64,000 bases of DNA from an uncultured Gammaproteobacteria bacterium (GTDB lineage: Bacteria > Patescibacteriota > Microgenomatia > Daviesbacterales > UBA10151). The stretch is taken from contig CAYMZD010000001.1 of assembly GCA_964394855.1 (NCBI GenBank), positions 120,107 to 184,106 of the forward strand. Direction: 5' to 3'. The notes beneath the pieces were generated by a model. It saw nothing but the letters and a program-made list of their open reading frames with translations, was not told where the DNA came from and made no database searches. How positions within the stretch are numbered: position 1 is the stretch's first letter; each line of letters starts with the position of its first letter. Below, in pieces: positions 9,114 to 18,640 of this stretch. The translations under genes and the position numbers were made by a program.

Positions 9114-9781
9114 GAAAATTTTTTTATATAATTATTATAATATTTATAAATTTTATAATTTTTATTCCAGCTTCTGCGCAAGCTATAGAGTCTACCCCTT
9201 CTGCCTCCATCCAACAAAAATTAGATATGCTCAAACAAGCTGTTGCTTCCAAAGCAGCCAAATTAAAACAGGAAATAAATGATAAACTGCAGAACAAAGC
9301 TTATGTGGGAATTATCAAATCTATGTCCATATCATCTATCACCCTAGCCTCTGAAACCAATACCAAACTAGTAACTGTCAACCAGGATACAGTTTATGAA
9401 GGAAAAAGACCAAAAGAGGAAAATTATATTGCCGCCTTGGGGGATATAGATGAAACAGCTACCTTAACTGCCAAAAAAGTGGTGCTTCTTTCTTTAGATG
9501 TCAAGAGCGAACAAGCCAAAACTTATCTTTGGGGCCAAATAATTTCCACTTCTGACGAACTGATAACTTTAAAGGATAAAGAATCTAAAATTTTATCAGT
9601 ATCCACTGCCAAAATTAATACTAAATTTAAAAACGGCGATTTTGTGATTATCACAGGTTACCTGAGCAAAAATAAGATCTTGGAAGCCAGTTTCCTCCAT
9701 ATCATTCCCCAAGGAGTAATTCTTAAGCCTAAATTTAAAGAATCCACCCCATCCGCCACTAAATCAGGTAAATCTAGCTAG
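9110..9781 (+). CDS. hypothetical secreted protein
   Basis: N-terminal signal peptide 'IIIIFINFIIFIPASAQA'. 4-bp overlap with the upstream ORF. Confidence 0.45.
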   Translation: MRKFFYIIIIIFINFIIFIPASAQAIESTPSASIQQKLDMLKQAVASKAAKLKQEINDKLQNKAYVGIIKSMSISSITLASETNTKLVTVNQDTVYEGKRPKEENYIAALGDIDETATLTAKKVVLLSLDVKSEQAKTYLWGQIISTSDELITLKDKESKILSVSTAKINTKFKNGDFVIITGYLSKNKILEASFLHIIPQGVILKPKFKESTPSATKSGKSS

Positions 9782-9847
9782 TTGGAAAAGGTAATATAAT
9801 ATGTTAAAATTGTTAAAACATTTCTTTCCTACTAAGGTCAGGTAAGT

Positions 9848-10552
9848 TTGTTAAACGAGAAAGAAGAAAAGTTTTATATGTTTGAATTAGAACAAAGAAA
9901 ATTGAGGCTGGGGATGCCAAAAGAAAACCGTTTGACAGTTAATTCCGAAGAGCTTCTTAGGAAAGCTGGCCTCAGGTTTAGAAGTCCCACCACAGATGGA
10001 AGATTACGCGTACCAGTGGCGAATCTCCCAATAGATCTTTACTACTTCAGAAGCCGCGATATGGTCAGGGTCATGGAGAGAGGCGCCATTGATTTAGGCA
10101 TCAATGGCGAGGATACAGTTGCAGAGTTGGGAAAAGGAGTAACAGAGGTACTTCCTTTAAATATTGGTGAGTGTAGACTGATAGTTGCAGTCCCAAGAAA
10201 ATCCGGGTATAAAAGTGTTGAAGATCTAAATGGCAAGGAGATCGCCACTCCTTATCCGCACCTTGCTGAAAGATTTTTCCAAGAGAATGGTGTCGATTGC
10301 GAATTTTACTATCAAAGAGGTTCCCTGGAGATTACCCCTAGATTGAGGTTAGCAGAGGCCATATTTGATATAACTAACACAGGTCGAGCAGTGAACAGAC
10401 ACAGATTAAGGGAACTAGCTGAAGCTAGACCAGTTCAAGCCGCCTTGTTCGCCCGTCCAGGACTAGAAATAGGTTCTGAAAGGATAGCATGGTTTATAGA
10501 TCTGTTAAGAAATACGGTTTTAGGTAGCCAGCCGGAATTGGCTAGTGAGTAA
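9848..10552 (+). CDS. hisG: ATP phosphoribosyltransferase, short (HisZ-dependent) form
   Basis: Collinear with E. coli HisG: 'LRLGMPKENRL', 'PIDLYYFRSRDMVRVMERGAIDLGINGED', 'GKEIATPYPHLAERFF', 'ITNTGRAVNRHRL'. Lacks the C-terminal regulatory domain. Confidence 0.8.
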   Translation: MLNEKEEKFYMFELEQRKLRLGMPKENRLTVNSEELLRKAGLRFRSPTTDGRLRVPVANLPIDLYYFRSRDMVRVMERGAIDLGINGEDTVAELGKGVTEVLPLNIGECRLIVAVPRKSGYKSVEDLNGKEIATPYPHLAERFFQENGVDCEFYYQRGSLEITPRLRLAEAIFDITNTGRAVNRHRLRELAEARPVQAALFARPGLEIGSERIAWFIDLLRNTVLGSQPELASE

Positions 10553-10565
10553 AAGTTTGACAAAA

Positions 10566-10594
10566 TTGACGAACTTAGTTTTTGGTAGTATAAT
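10566..10594 (+). promoter_or_regulatory. sigma70-like promoter (TTGACG, 17-nt spacer, TATAAT)
   Basis: Near-consensus -35 at 10566-10571 and -10 at 10589-10594. Confidence 0.55.
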
Positions 10595-10600
10595 AACGTT

Positions 10601-10771
10601 TACAATTGAATATTTAAAAAGCGTTTGTACTGGAGTCACGATCCAGGAGTTGATCCCCAAAATGGGATACGGAAAGTTCGAAGCCGTATAAAGAAGAACA
10701 GTCAGTGTCGGATTACGGAGCTGGCCTAATTGGTAAATTTAGTCCACAAGACCCGTAAGGGTCTTTTTTTA
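10601..10771 (+). ncRNA. candidate structured leader RNA / small RNA of about 165 nt between hisG and hisZ
   Basis: Begins just after a consensus promoter and ends at an intrinsic terminator. Contains several local hairpins (ctgga-gtcacga-tccag, atccc-caaaat-gggat, acgg-aaagttcgaag-ccgt) and no ORF. Confidence 0.4.
10749..10771 (+). terminator. Rho-independent terminator (agaccc-gtaa-gggtct plus T7)
   Basis: 6-bp GC-rich stem, tetraloop and seven T residues, 34 nt upstream of the hisZ ATG. Confidence 0.6.
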
Positions 10772-10804
10772 TAGATTATTTAAGTTGTGTGTTAGGATAA
10801 AGAT

Positions 10805-11725
10805 ATGCTTAAAGCACCGCCAACACCAAAAGGGTTTAGGGATATCCCACCTCCTCTGGCCAAGAAGAGACGGGAAGTAATCAACAAAATTGCCTCTTGC
10901 CTGGAGGGGGCTGGTTTTGTACCCATTGACACCCCCACGATTGAATTTGCCGAGGTGCTGCTGGGAAAATATGGAGAAGAAGCTGATCGACTAATTTATC
11001 AATTCAAAGATAGAGGTGGAAGAAAATTGGGTCTTCGCTATGACTTAACAGTTCCGCTAGCCCGATATGTGGCTACTTATAATCCCCCTCTCCCTTTCAG
11101 AAGATATCAAATAGGCCAGGTTTTTCGTGGCGAAAATCCCCAAAAAGGCAGATGGAGAGAGTTTACCCAATTTGACATTGACACTGTCGGCTCAAGCGAT
11201 CTGGTAGAGGATGCAAAAATTATCGCCGCAGTCATCAAAGCTGTCAAAGTAGTAGGTTTGGATAAACCAGTCATGATGATAAATGACAGAAAAAATTTCG
11301 AAGGATTAGATAAGGATGTGATCACCACCATTGACAAGCTTGACAAAATTGGTGACAAGGGAGTTACTCAAGAATTAGTAGCTAAAGGAGTGTCCGAAAA
11401 AGAAGCTGTTAACACCCTCAAGGAGATTAAAAATAAAAAGCCCACGCCGGATTTGGAGGAAATTTTTAAATACTTAAAACAGCTGGGCGTTAGGGAAGAT
11501 GAATATCAATTTGTTCCCACTCTGGCACGAGGGCTTGATTATTATACAGGAACAATTTTTGAACTTAAAGTAGGTACATACGGATTGTCTGTTGGTGGTG
11601 GTGGCAGATATGACAACTTAATTGGCATGTTTGTTTACCCCGACAAAGGAGGGGTCAAAAAACAAATTCCAGCTGTTGGATTTGGTTTAGGACTGGACAG
11701 ACTTTTAGAAATTCTCAACTTGTGA
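10805..11725 (+). CDS. hisZ: ATP phosphoribosyltransferase regulatory subunit (HisS paralog lacking the anticodon-binding domain)
   Basis: Class-II aaRS motifs of HisS ('GLRYDLTVPLARY', 'FRRYQIGQVFRGENPQKGRWREFTQFDID', 'GGGGRYDNL...PAVGFGLGLDRL'). The protein ends right after motif 3 at 306 aa, and it sits next to short-form hisG. Confidence 0.7.
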   Translation: MLKAPPTPKGFRDIPPPLAKKRREVINKIASCLEGAGFVPIDTPTIEFAEVLLGKYGEEADRLIYQFKDRGGRKLGLRYDLTVPLARYVATYNPPLPFRRYQIGQVFRGENPQKGRWREFTQFDIDTVGSSDLVEDAKIIAAVIKAVKVVGLDKPVMMINDRKNFEGLDKDVITTIDKLDKIGDKGVTQELVAKGVSEKEAVNTLKEIKNKKPTPDLEEIFKYLKQLGVREDEYQFVPTLARGLDYYTGTIFELKVGTYGLSVGGGGRYDNLIGMFVYPDKGGVKKQIPAVGFGLGLDRLLEILNL

Positions 11726-11737
11726 TACTTTTAAATC

Positions 11738-12685
11738 ATGACCTCTGCTATTTTTACTAAACCCTGGCCATATCTAGCCTTAATTTTAGCCAATGTAATT
11801 TGGGGAGGTAATTTCGTAGTAGCCAAAATCACCTTGCAGGAGTTCCCCATCTTCTCTTTGGCCTTTTTCCGCTTTGCTTTAGCAGCATTACTATTGGCTC
11901 CTTTTTTTTGGACAGCAACACCCCTTGGAGGCAAAAAGATTGAAATTGACAAGAAAGATTTACCCAGGCTGGTGGCCACAGGAGTGTTGATCATCACTTT
12001 AAATGTGACGTTCTTTTTTGCCGGTATTCAAAAAACTACAGCCATAAATGCTTCGGTTTTAACCTTAATTATTCCCCTTATCTCTGTACTCTTGGGCTGG
12101 TGGTTCTTGCACGAGCATATCTATTTAATAAATATTTTGGGGGTGGTGCTGGGACTCGGGGGAGCAATCATCATTATTGGCCTGCCTCAAATATTTTTGG
12201 GAAGTTTCTCTCCTACTGTTTTAATGGGAAATTTATTAATCATTTTAGCTTCAATTTCCTGGGTTTGGGGAGCTGTCTTGTCCAGACAACTTTTAACGAA
12301 ATATCCTTCACTGACAGTAACAGCTTTTGCCTTTGGGGTGGGGGCAGTAACTTTTCTGGTACCGGCAATCAATGAGTATTTACAAAATCCCGGTTGGCCA
12401 GATAAGGTGAGTATGCTGGGGATATTGGGGCTAACTTACATGATTTTATTATCCTCTATTTCCGCCTATTTTTTGTTTGAATGGGGCCTAAGTAGGACTT
12501 CTGTTTCCAAAGCTAATCTTTTTCAGTATTTAGAACCTTTTGTGGCTACTGGACTGGCTCTTCTTGTTTTGGGAGAGGTAATTTCCATGCCTTTTTTGGT
12601 GGGGGCGGTTTTAATAGCAGTGGGGGTTTACTGGGGTACTTTGGCTAAAGAAACTCATCACCACCACAAAATCCACAGACATTGA
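11738..12685 (+). CDS. EamA/DMT-family transporter
   Basis: About 10 TM helices in two halves and a His-rich C-terminal tail. Confidence 0.65.
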   Translation: MTSAIFTKPWPYLALILANVIWGGNFVVAKITLQEFPIFSLAFFRFALAALLLAPFFWTATPLGGKKIEIDKKDLPRLVATGVLIITLNVTFFFAGIQKTTAINASVLTLIIPLISVLLGWWFLHEHIYLINILGVVLGLGGAIIIIGLPQIFLGSFSPTVLMGNLLIILASISWVWGAVLSRQLLTKYPSLTVTAFAFGVGAVTFLVPAINEYLQNPGWPDKVSMLGILGLTYMILLSSISAYFLFEWGLSRTSVSKANLFQYLEPFVATGLALLVLGEVISMPFLVGAVLIAVGVYWGTLAKETHHHHKIHRH

Positions 12686-12730
12686 TGTTGACAGAACTTA
12701 TAATAAGTTGTATAAAGTAATTACAAAAAT

Positions 12731-13276
12731 ATGTTACCAGAAAGATCAGCCGTAGAGGAAGCCAGAGCTAATATAGCTCGAGAGCGTGAAGCTGTTAGAC
12801 AACAACAAGAAGCAGATAAGCTATTTGCCCAAATGTATATAGATTGTGCCACTTTACTTGAGGGATCACCTGAAAGTAGAGTCCGTGGTAATTTATACAG
12901 AAGATTTTTATTGGGCTTGCCTTTAATAATTCTCGCAAGTTTATTTCCTCCATGGTTTCACCTTAGAAGAATACCAAACATTGATCTAGTAGATTTCAGA
13001 AGAATAACTACTTCACTAAACGGTACCGGTGAACCCATAGAGGTCACTTTACGAAGTGATAATGCTGTTCCCACTAAATTAAAATCTCCTGTTGATCTAT
13101 CTATACCCGGTCTTCAAGAAACATTAAGGATGCATCCCACTCATGCAGATATATTGTCTCCAGATATATATAATAATCCACATTCTGAATATAGTTGTTT
13201 TATTAGGAAAGCCAATTTAATGGATGTTTCCCGTTTTCAACCAGTAGTCTGGGAATTAACCCAACCTCACGCTTGA
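12731..13276 (+). CDS. hypothetical protein
   Basis: ORF only, no recognisable motif. Confidence 0.3.
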   Translation: MLPERSAVEEARANIAREREAVRQQQEADKLFAQMYIDCATLLEGSPESRVRGNLYRRFLLGLPLIILASLFPPWFHLRRIPNIDLVDFRRITTSLNGTGEPIEVTLRSDNAVPTKLKSPVDLSIPGLQETLRMHPTHADILSPDIYNNPHSEYSCFIRKANLMDVSRFQPVVWELTQPHA

Positions 13277-13301
13277 TCCTGAATTCAGTTATTGGTATAC
13301 T
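13273..13301 (+). promoter_or_regulatory. sigma70-like promoter (TTGATC, 17 nt, TATACT) giving a leaderless or near-leaderless rpmE transcript
   Basis: -10 ends 9 nt before the rpmE ATG. No Shine-Dalgarno. Confidence 0.4.
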
Positions 13302-13310
13302 ACACATATT

Positions 13311-13637
13311 ATGAAAGCCAATATTCATCCTGTTTGGTACCCGGAAGCCAAGGTTGCTTGCGCCTGTGGAAATATATTTACCACCGGCTCTACTCTGCCG
13401 GAAATTCGGGTAGAAATTTGCAGCATGTGCCACCCCTTTTTTACCGGCCAGCAAAAGTTTGTGGATACTTTGGGTCAAGTGGAAAGATTCCAAAAAAAGA
13501 CTGAACTAGCTAAATCAAAACAGGCTGAAAGAAAACGTATTTTAGAAGCTAAAAAGCAAAAGACCGAAGAGATCAAAAGAGAAAAACCAACTCTTCGTGA
13601 TCTTCTCATGCAGGCCCGCAAACAAGCAGCGGGATAG
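13311..13637 (+). CDS. rpmE: 50S ribosomal protein L31 with Lys-rich C-terminal extension
   Basis: '[21 protein letters not shown]...[17 protein letters not shown]' with the CxxC...CxxC zinc ribbon. Confidence 0.8.
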   Translation: MKANIHPVWYPEAKVACACGNIFTTGSTLPEIRVEICSMCHPFFTGQQKFVDTLGQVERFQKKTELAKSKQAERKRILEAKKQKTEEIKREKPTLRDLLMQARKQAAG

Positions 13638-14528
13638 ATGAGCAGTTATATTCAACAACAATTAGCAGAAATTGATCAGAAAATAGCTCAAAATACAGAG
13701 CTGCTAAATGATCCCGAGCTTTTAGATTTAGCCAGGACTGAAATTGAGGAATTAAAAAAACAAAAGGAAGAACTACAAATCTTGAATAATAACTCTACAA
13801 TAGAGATGGACAATAGCTGCATATTGGAAATCCGCTCTGCCGCAGGAGGTGATGAAGCGGGAATTTTTGCCGGTGATTTGCTGCGGATGTATACAAGATT
13901 TGCTCAAAATAAAGGTTGGTTAATAGAAGAGTTAGATCGTTCGGAAGGAAAACTTGGTCAAGTTAAAGAAATTGTCCTCAAAATTAAGGGAAAGGGTTGC
14001 TATAACTATCTTAAATATGAATCGGGAGTTCACCGAGTACAAAGAGTACCCAAAACAGAATCCGGCGGAAGAATTCATACATCAACAGCCACTGTGGCAA
14101 TTTTACCGGAAATTTCCGAAAAAGAAATTTACATTAACCCTAGTGATATTGAATTTGAGGCTTTTCGTTCTGGTGGAGCCGGAGGACAACATGTCAATAA
14201 AGTTTCCACGGCCGTGAGGCTCAATCATATACCAACAGGTATTGTAGTTACTGCCCAAACGCAAAGATCTCAACTACAAAACAGGGATTTTGCCATGGAA
14301 CTTTTAAGATCCAGACTCTGGGATTTAGAGCAACAAAAAACTCACGGTAGCCTAAGCCAGCAAAGAGCCATGCAAGTAGGCAGTGGACAGAGAAGCGAAA
14401 AAGTGAGGACCTACAATTTTCCACAAAACAGAGTGACAGATCACCGAATCGGAAAATCCTGGCATAATTTGGAAGGAATCCTAAATGGCGAGCTTGAAAA
14501 AATTATCAGCGCACTCAAAAGCGCCTAA
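13638..14528 (+). CDS. prfA: peptide chain release factor 1 (N-terminally shortened)
   Basis: 'EIRSAAGGDEAGIFAGDLLRMY', GGQ motif 'SGGAGGQHVNKVSTAVRL', and a PxT-type region. Directly downstream of rpmE. Confidence 0.85.
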   Translation: MSSYIQQQLAEIDQKIAQNTELLNDPELLDLARTEIEELKKQKEELQILNNNSTIEMDNSCILEIRSAAGGDEAGIFAGDLLRMYTRFAQNKGWLIEELDRSEGKLGQVKEIVLKIKGKGCYNYLKYESGVHRVQRVPKTESGGRIHTSTATVAILPEISEKEIYINPSDIEFEAFRSGGAGGQHVNKVSTAVRLNHIPTGIVVTAQTQRSQLQNRDFAMELLRSRLWDLEQQKTHGSLSQQRAMQVGSGQRSEKVRTYNFPQNRVTDHRIGKSWHNLEGILNGELEKIISALKSA

Positions 14529-15189
14529 ACAATACATTCAGGGCTGGGTAGAATTTTACAAGTTAAAATTTAAAGTTACTCCTGATGTTTTAATCCCCAG
14601 GCCCGAAACAGAACTTCTAGTTGATGAGGTACTCAAAACTATAAACAATAAACCATATACCATATGCGATATAGGTACTGGTTCTGGAAATATTGCCATT
14701 AGTTTAGCTTGCAACCTGAAAGGTTACAACGTAAATATAATCGCTACTGATATTTCTCCAAAAGCCTTAAAAATAGCCAAGCAAAATGCCAAATTGCATG
14801 GAGTTGAAGATAAAATAACTTTTATTAAAAGTGGTTTGCTAAGTGAAATAGCAAGAAGTGACATAGATATTATGGTGGCTAATCTTCCTTATATTCCTAC
14901 TTCAAGAATTCCCTATCTTGACTCATCAGTCAAAAATTTTGAACCAAAAATTGCCTTGGATGGAGGTCCAGATGGATTTAAAATTTACAGAAAGTTATTC
15001 CAGCAAATCGTGCGGCAACCTTTCAGGTTACTGCCTAAACTTATTGTTTGTGAAATTGATTATACACATGGGGAACTGGCTATAAATGAAGCTTTAAAAT
15101 ATTTTCCCCATGCCCAAGTGGAGGTCAAAAAAGATCTAACCCAAAAACAAAGAATATTAACTATTCAGCAGGCAGCTCTTCCAATGTAG
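14485..15189 (+). CDS. prmC: release-factor glutamine N5-methyltransferase (methyltransferase domain only)
   Basis: 'VLIPRPETE', SAM motif 'DIGTGSGNIAISLA', catalytic 'NLPYIP' (NPPY variant). Follows prfA. Confidence 0.75.
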   Translation: MASLKKLSAHSKAPKQYIQGWVEFYKLKFKVTPDVLIPRPETELLVDEVLKTINNKPYTICDIGTGSGNIAISLACNLKGYNVNIIATDISPKALKIAKQNAKLHGVEDKITFIKSGLLSEIARSDIDIMVANLPYIPTSRIPYLDSSVKNFEPKIALDGGPDGFKIYRKLFQQIVRQPFRLLPKLIVCEIDYTHGELAINEALKYFPHAQVEVKKDLTQKQRILTIQQAALPM

Positions 15190-16264
15190 CTGTCATGTTC
15201 AGCTCTTGTCCTTTTCTCCAAACTGTTAGCTCCATTCTAGACCCAATTGAGCTACCTGATACAGCTTCTGCTACTTTATTTTCATTATCCACAGATTTCC
15301 CATTGATTTTGATAATAATATCCCCTTCTTTGACTCCTACCTTTTCAGCTGGTCCCCCTTTCACCACTTCTTGAATAAAAGCTCCTTGGGGAACTTCATT
15401 TAAGATGGCCACATCTTTGGCAATAAAACGATACCTGATCCCCAAGAAAGGTCTGGAAACTGAACCTTTAGCCACAAACTCATCCACAATAGCCTTAACC
15501 GAATTTATGGGGATGGCAAAGCCAATATTTTGCGCTCCTTCTGTGGTGGCTACATTCACTCCAATCACCTGCCCAGCACTATTTAGTAGTGGCCCCCCCG
15601 AATTTCCCGGATTAATGGCCGCATCCGTTTGAATTAAGTTATCTAAACTTTCAAAGCTACTCCCAAAAGGATCCCCTGCCACCACTCTTCTGCCTAAACC
15701 CGAAACAACACCGGTGGTAACAGTGTTGGTAAACCTGCCCAAGGCATTGCCTATTGCTATCACCGTTTGTCCCACTTTTAACTTGGACGAATCCCCCAAC
15801 TCCAGTGGTTTTAAGTTGGGAGCATCAATTTGTATCACTGCCAAATCTAGCAGAGGATCACGATAAATTCTTCTCACCTCATATTTTTGATTATCTTTGG
15901 TGATCACAGTATATTTTGTCCCGCTCTCCGAAACTACGTGTTTATTGGTCACAATGATCCCTTTGCCGGATACTACAAAACCTGTCCCAATGGTACTTTC
16001 TTTGCTTTTGGGCAGAGCGAAAGGATCAAAGGGGTTAATGACTCGCTGCGTTATTCCAATAGCCACCACTGAAGGGGAGGTTTTCTCTACCACCGAGATA
16101 GTGGCATTTTCCTCCTGAATGACAGTTCGGGTTTCCAAAGGTTGAGGCAAACTAATTTTACCTTGGGGCAACAGTCCACGAACTTGGGCCTGATAAAGTC
16201 CCACTGCCACCACTATCCCTAAGAAAGCGGCCAAAATTAAGCTAGAAAATTGAATTTTGGGCAT
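15161..16264 (-). CDS. HtrA/DegP-family serine protease with PDZ domain
   Basis: Catalytic 'GNSGGPLLNSAGQVIGVN', a Ser of the His/Asp/Ser triad, C-terminal PDZ, and an N-terminal TM anchor. Confidence 0.85.
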   Translation of the reverse strand: MPKIQFSSLILAAFLGIVVAVGLYQAQVRGLLPQGKISLPQPLETRTVIQEENATISVVEKTSPSVVAIGITQRVINPFDPFALPKSKESTIGTGFVVSGKGIIVTNKHVVSESGTKYTVITKDNQKYEVRRIYRDPLLDLAVIQIDAPNLKPLELGDSSKLKVGQTVIAIGNALGRFTNTVTTGVVSGLGRRVVAGDPFGSSFESLDNLIQTDAAINPGNSGGPLLNSAGQVIGVNVATTEGAQNIGFAIPINSVKAIVDEFVAKGSVSRPFLGIRYRFIAKDVAILNEVPQGAFIQEVVKGGPAEKVGVKEGDIIIKINGKSVDNENKVAEAVSGSSIGSRMELTVWRKGQELNMTATLEELPAE

Positions 16265-16265
16265 C

Positions 16266-17495
16266 TCAATATTTGACTAACAACTCTAAAGCTTTTTCCA
16301 GTTGTGGATCCTGATCTTTTTCCAAATCCTTGGGCATTTCTATTTTAACATCTGGTTTGAGCCCATCCGTTTCATTAACCCAATACCCTTTGGGGGTCAA
16401 CCATTTGGCAGTGGTAATATGGACTCCAGTACCACCCGGCAATTCTTCCGCCTCCTGGATAGTCCCCTTGCCAAAAGACTGCTCACCCACCAGTTTAGCT
16501 CTTTTTCTATCTTGCAGGGCTCCGGCCACAATTTCTGATGCAGAGGCAGATCCTTTATTAATCAATACCACCATAGGCAGCTTCAGTAATTTTCCCTGCC
16601 TGTTGACTTGATAAGGCAATCTTTCACCTCTTTGATTTTCTTGAAAAACTATCGTTCCATCTTCCAAAAACTCGGAAGCGATAAAAACCGCTCCTTCTAA
16701 AAATCCTCCTGGATTATTCCGTAAATCTAAAACTATTCCTTGTGGAGCTTTACTCAAAACATCCGAAACCGCCTTTTGCCATTCATCTTGGGTTCTCTCT
16801 CCGAAACGTGAAAGTCTCAAAACAGCCATCTTTTTAGCCGATTTTGTTTCTTTTATTTCCCAAACCACACTTTTAACAATAATGGTATCTCGCACAATTT
16901 TATAGTCTTTGGTATCTTCTTCTCCTTCTCTAAAAACAGTCAGGGTAATTTGACTACCCTTGAGACCTCTAATCAACTTCACAGCTTCCGGCAGAGTAAT
17001 GGAGGTGGTATCTTTACCATCAATTTTGATAATTAAATCCTGTGGTTTAAGTCCTGCCCGCTCGGCTGGTGTCCCATCCAAAGGAGCAATCACTACCAGA
17101 CGTTTATCTTTATTAAAACCTAGCTGAATACCCACCCCCTCAAAACTCCCATTCAAGCCCTCTTGAGTGGATTTCTGGGCGTCAGGTGGTAAAAAGACCG
17201 TATAAGGATCACCTATTCCTTGCACCATCCCCTGGATGGCACCATAAAACATCTTAGTAGGATCAACTGCTTTCTTATCCAAATATTCACGGGAAACCAA
17301 ATCCCAAGTATCCCAAAAAAGTTTAAAATCAATATTGATATTTTGGGGTGGTTCTTTGTTGACGATGGAAATGGTGGGACGAAATTTACTCCAAGCAATT
17401 TGCATATCACGGTGTCCGAGCTGCCATCCCAAAACAAAAGTCAAAATGGCCAAAAGGATAGTAAATAAGTTTAAGCGCTTAAAGATATTGTTCAT
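16266..17495 (-). CDS. ctpA: carboxyl-terminal processing peptidase (S41) with PDZ domain
   Basis: 'VVLINKGSASASEIVAGALQD' S41 catalytic Ser region, a PDZ segment, and an N-terminal anchor. Confidence 0.8.
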   Translation of the reverse strand: MNNIFKRLNLFTILLAILTFVLGWQLGHRDMQIAWSKFRPTISIVNKEPPQNINIDFKLFWDTWDLVSREYLDKKAVDPTKMFYGAIQGMVQGIGDPYTVFLPPDAQKSTQEGLNGSFEGVGIQLGFNKDKRLVVIAPLDGTPAERAGLKPQDLIIKIDGKDTTSITLPEAVKLIRGLKGSQITLTVFREGEEDTKDYKIVRDTIIVKSVVWEIKETKSAKKMAVLRLSRFGERTQDEWQKAVSDVLSKAPQGIVLDLRNNPGGFLEGAVFIASEFLEDGTIVFQENQRGERLPYQVNRQGKLLKLPMVVLINKGSASASEIVAGALQDRKRAKLVGEQSFGKGTIQEAEELPGGTGVHITTAKWLTPKGYWVNETDGLKPDVKIEMPKDLEKDQDPQLEKALELLVKY

Positions 17496-17497
17496 TT

Positions 17498-18640
17498 TTA
17501 AGAAATTACCTCTACATTAGGAAAGGGAACTTTAATAGTTCTGGATTTAGTTTTTAAAGTAATCATATAACTTCTAATCTGCGATGGCAAAAGAGTGGGA
17601 GTTTTATCAATAGTGATAACTTTTCCCTGTTCTCCCATGAAGGGTGAAGAAATCACCCTGACTGTTTGACCCACCTCAAGCTCTAAAGCCTCTAGCTCAT
17701 CCACTGGTTCTACCAATGAAGCTTCAGAAAACGGCAGATGAGTTTTTCTTATCCTCAACATACAATCAGATTGATATGCAGGACAAATCAGTTTACCTCT
17801 ATTGCCATCAAGAATAACAAATCTGTCTTGATATTTTAATAAAACTAAAAAAATATCCTCCCCAATTGGTATTGAACCAAAACCCTCTGTGATAAAAAGA
17901 CCCAGCCCAATATCAGATCCAAAACTACGTTTTAAGGACATCTCTCCGCCCGACAGCACCTTGTAATCAACAGCATTTATTCCTCCTGTAATTATACCAT
18001 GTATTCCATCATTGATTGCTTGAGAAATGGCTCCACTATAAATTAAACCCCCTCCTACAATAATATGACCAGAAAGTGATTTAGTAATCTCTTTTCTGTT
18101 AATTAAATCTCCTCTTTTACCCAAAATCTTCAACAGCCCATCTCTTTCTCTACCCATACCCAATACCCCATGAAGAATCGTAGCCTCTGTTTTAATAATG
18201 AGTTCACCTCGTTTTTGATCAATTTTCTCCACTACCCCATAAACTGCCGATGGTAGTGATGTCTCGTGAGATAAAAATTTCAATCTCAATTCACCAGAGA
18301 CATCATCATATGAATAAATCACCCCATCTGTGGGAGAGATGACCATTTTCTTACTGCTGAATAAGCTGCCCTTTTTTAAAGCCAGTAGTTCTCCTTGATA
18401 AATTGTCTGTCCCAGCTCTCTCTGCAAATATTTCTTGGCATCTTTGGGTGAAGTGGCCAGAGCCTCTGCAATATTAATGCTTCTAAAACCTGCTGATGTT
18501 TCTGCCTTGCCCAAAATATCTGAAGGAGATACTTCTTGGCCTTCTTGAACAAAAATTACCCCTCTAGTGGATAATTTTCTTTTTATATGAGTGATAATAT
18601 TTTCCTTCACCCTGACTCGTCTGTTAGCAAAAAGGCTCAT
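17498..18640 (-). CDS. conserved hypothetical protein (possible barrel-sandwich N-domain; Gly-rich 'GGGLIYSGAISQAINDGIHGIITGG' segment loosely NqrA/RnfC-like)
   Basis: No catalytic motif recognised. Embedded in the rpsF-ssb-rpsR ... ctpA-htrA run with 2-4 bp gene spacings. Confidence 0.4.
   Translation of the reverse strand: MSLFANRRVRVKENIITHIKRKLSTRGVIFVQEGQEVSPSDILGKAETSAGFRSINIAEALATSPKDAKKYLQRELGQTIYQGELLALKKGSLFSSKKMVISPTDGVIYSYDDVSGELRLKFLSHETSLPSAVYGVVEKIDQKRGELIIKTEATILHGVLGMGRERDGLLKILGKRGDLINRKEITKSLSGHIIVGGGLIYSGAISQAINDGIHGIITGGINAVDYKVLSGGEMSLKRSFGSDIGLGLFITEGFGSIPIGEDIFLVLLKYQDRFVILDGNRGKLICPAYQSDCMLRIRKTHLPFSEASLVEPVDELEALELEVGQTVRVISSPFMGEQGKVITIDKTPTLLPSQIRSYMITLKTKSRTIKVPFPNVEVIS

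Noticed and set aside
10601-10771. tRNA or tmRNA in the hisG-hisZ spacer (contains a 'GTTCGAAGCC' T-loop-like string)
   Set aside because: No acceptor stem, D-arm or anticodon arm can be drawn around it. The T-loop-like string sits in an 11-nt loop. Kept as an unclassified leader/sRNA.
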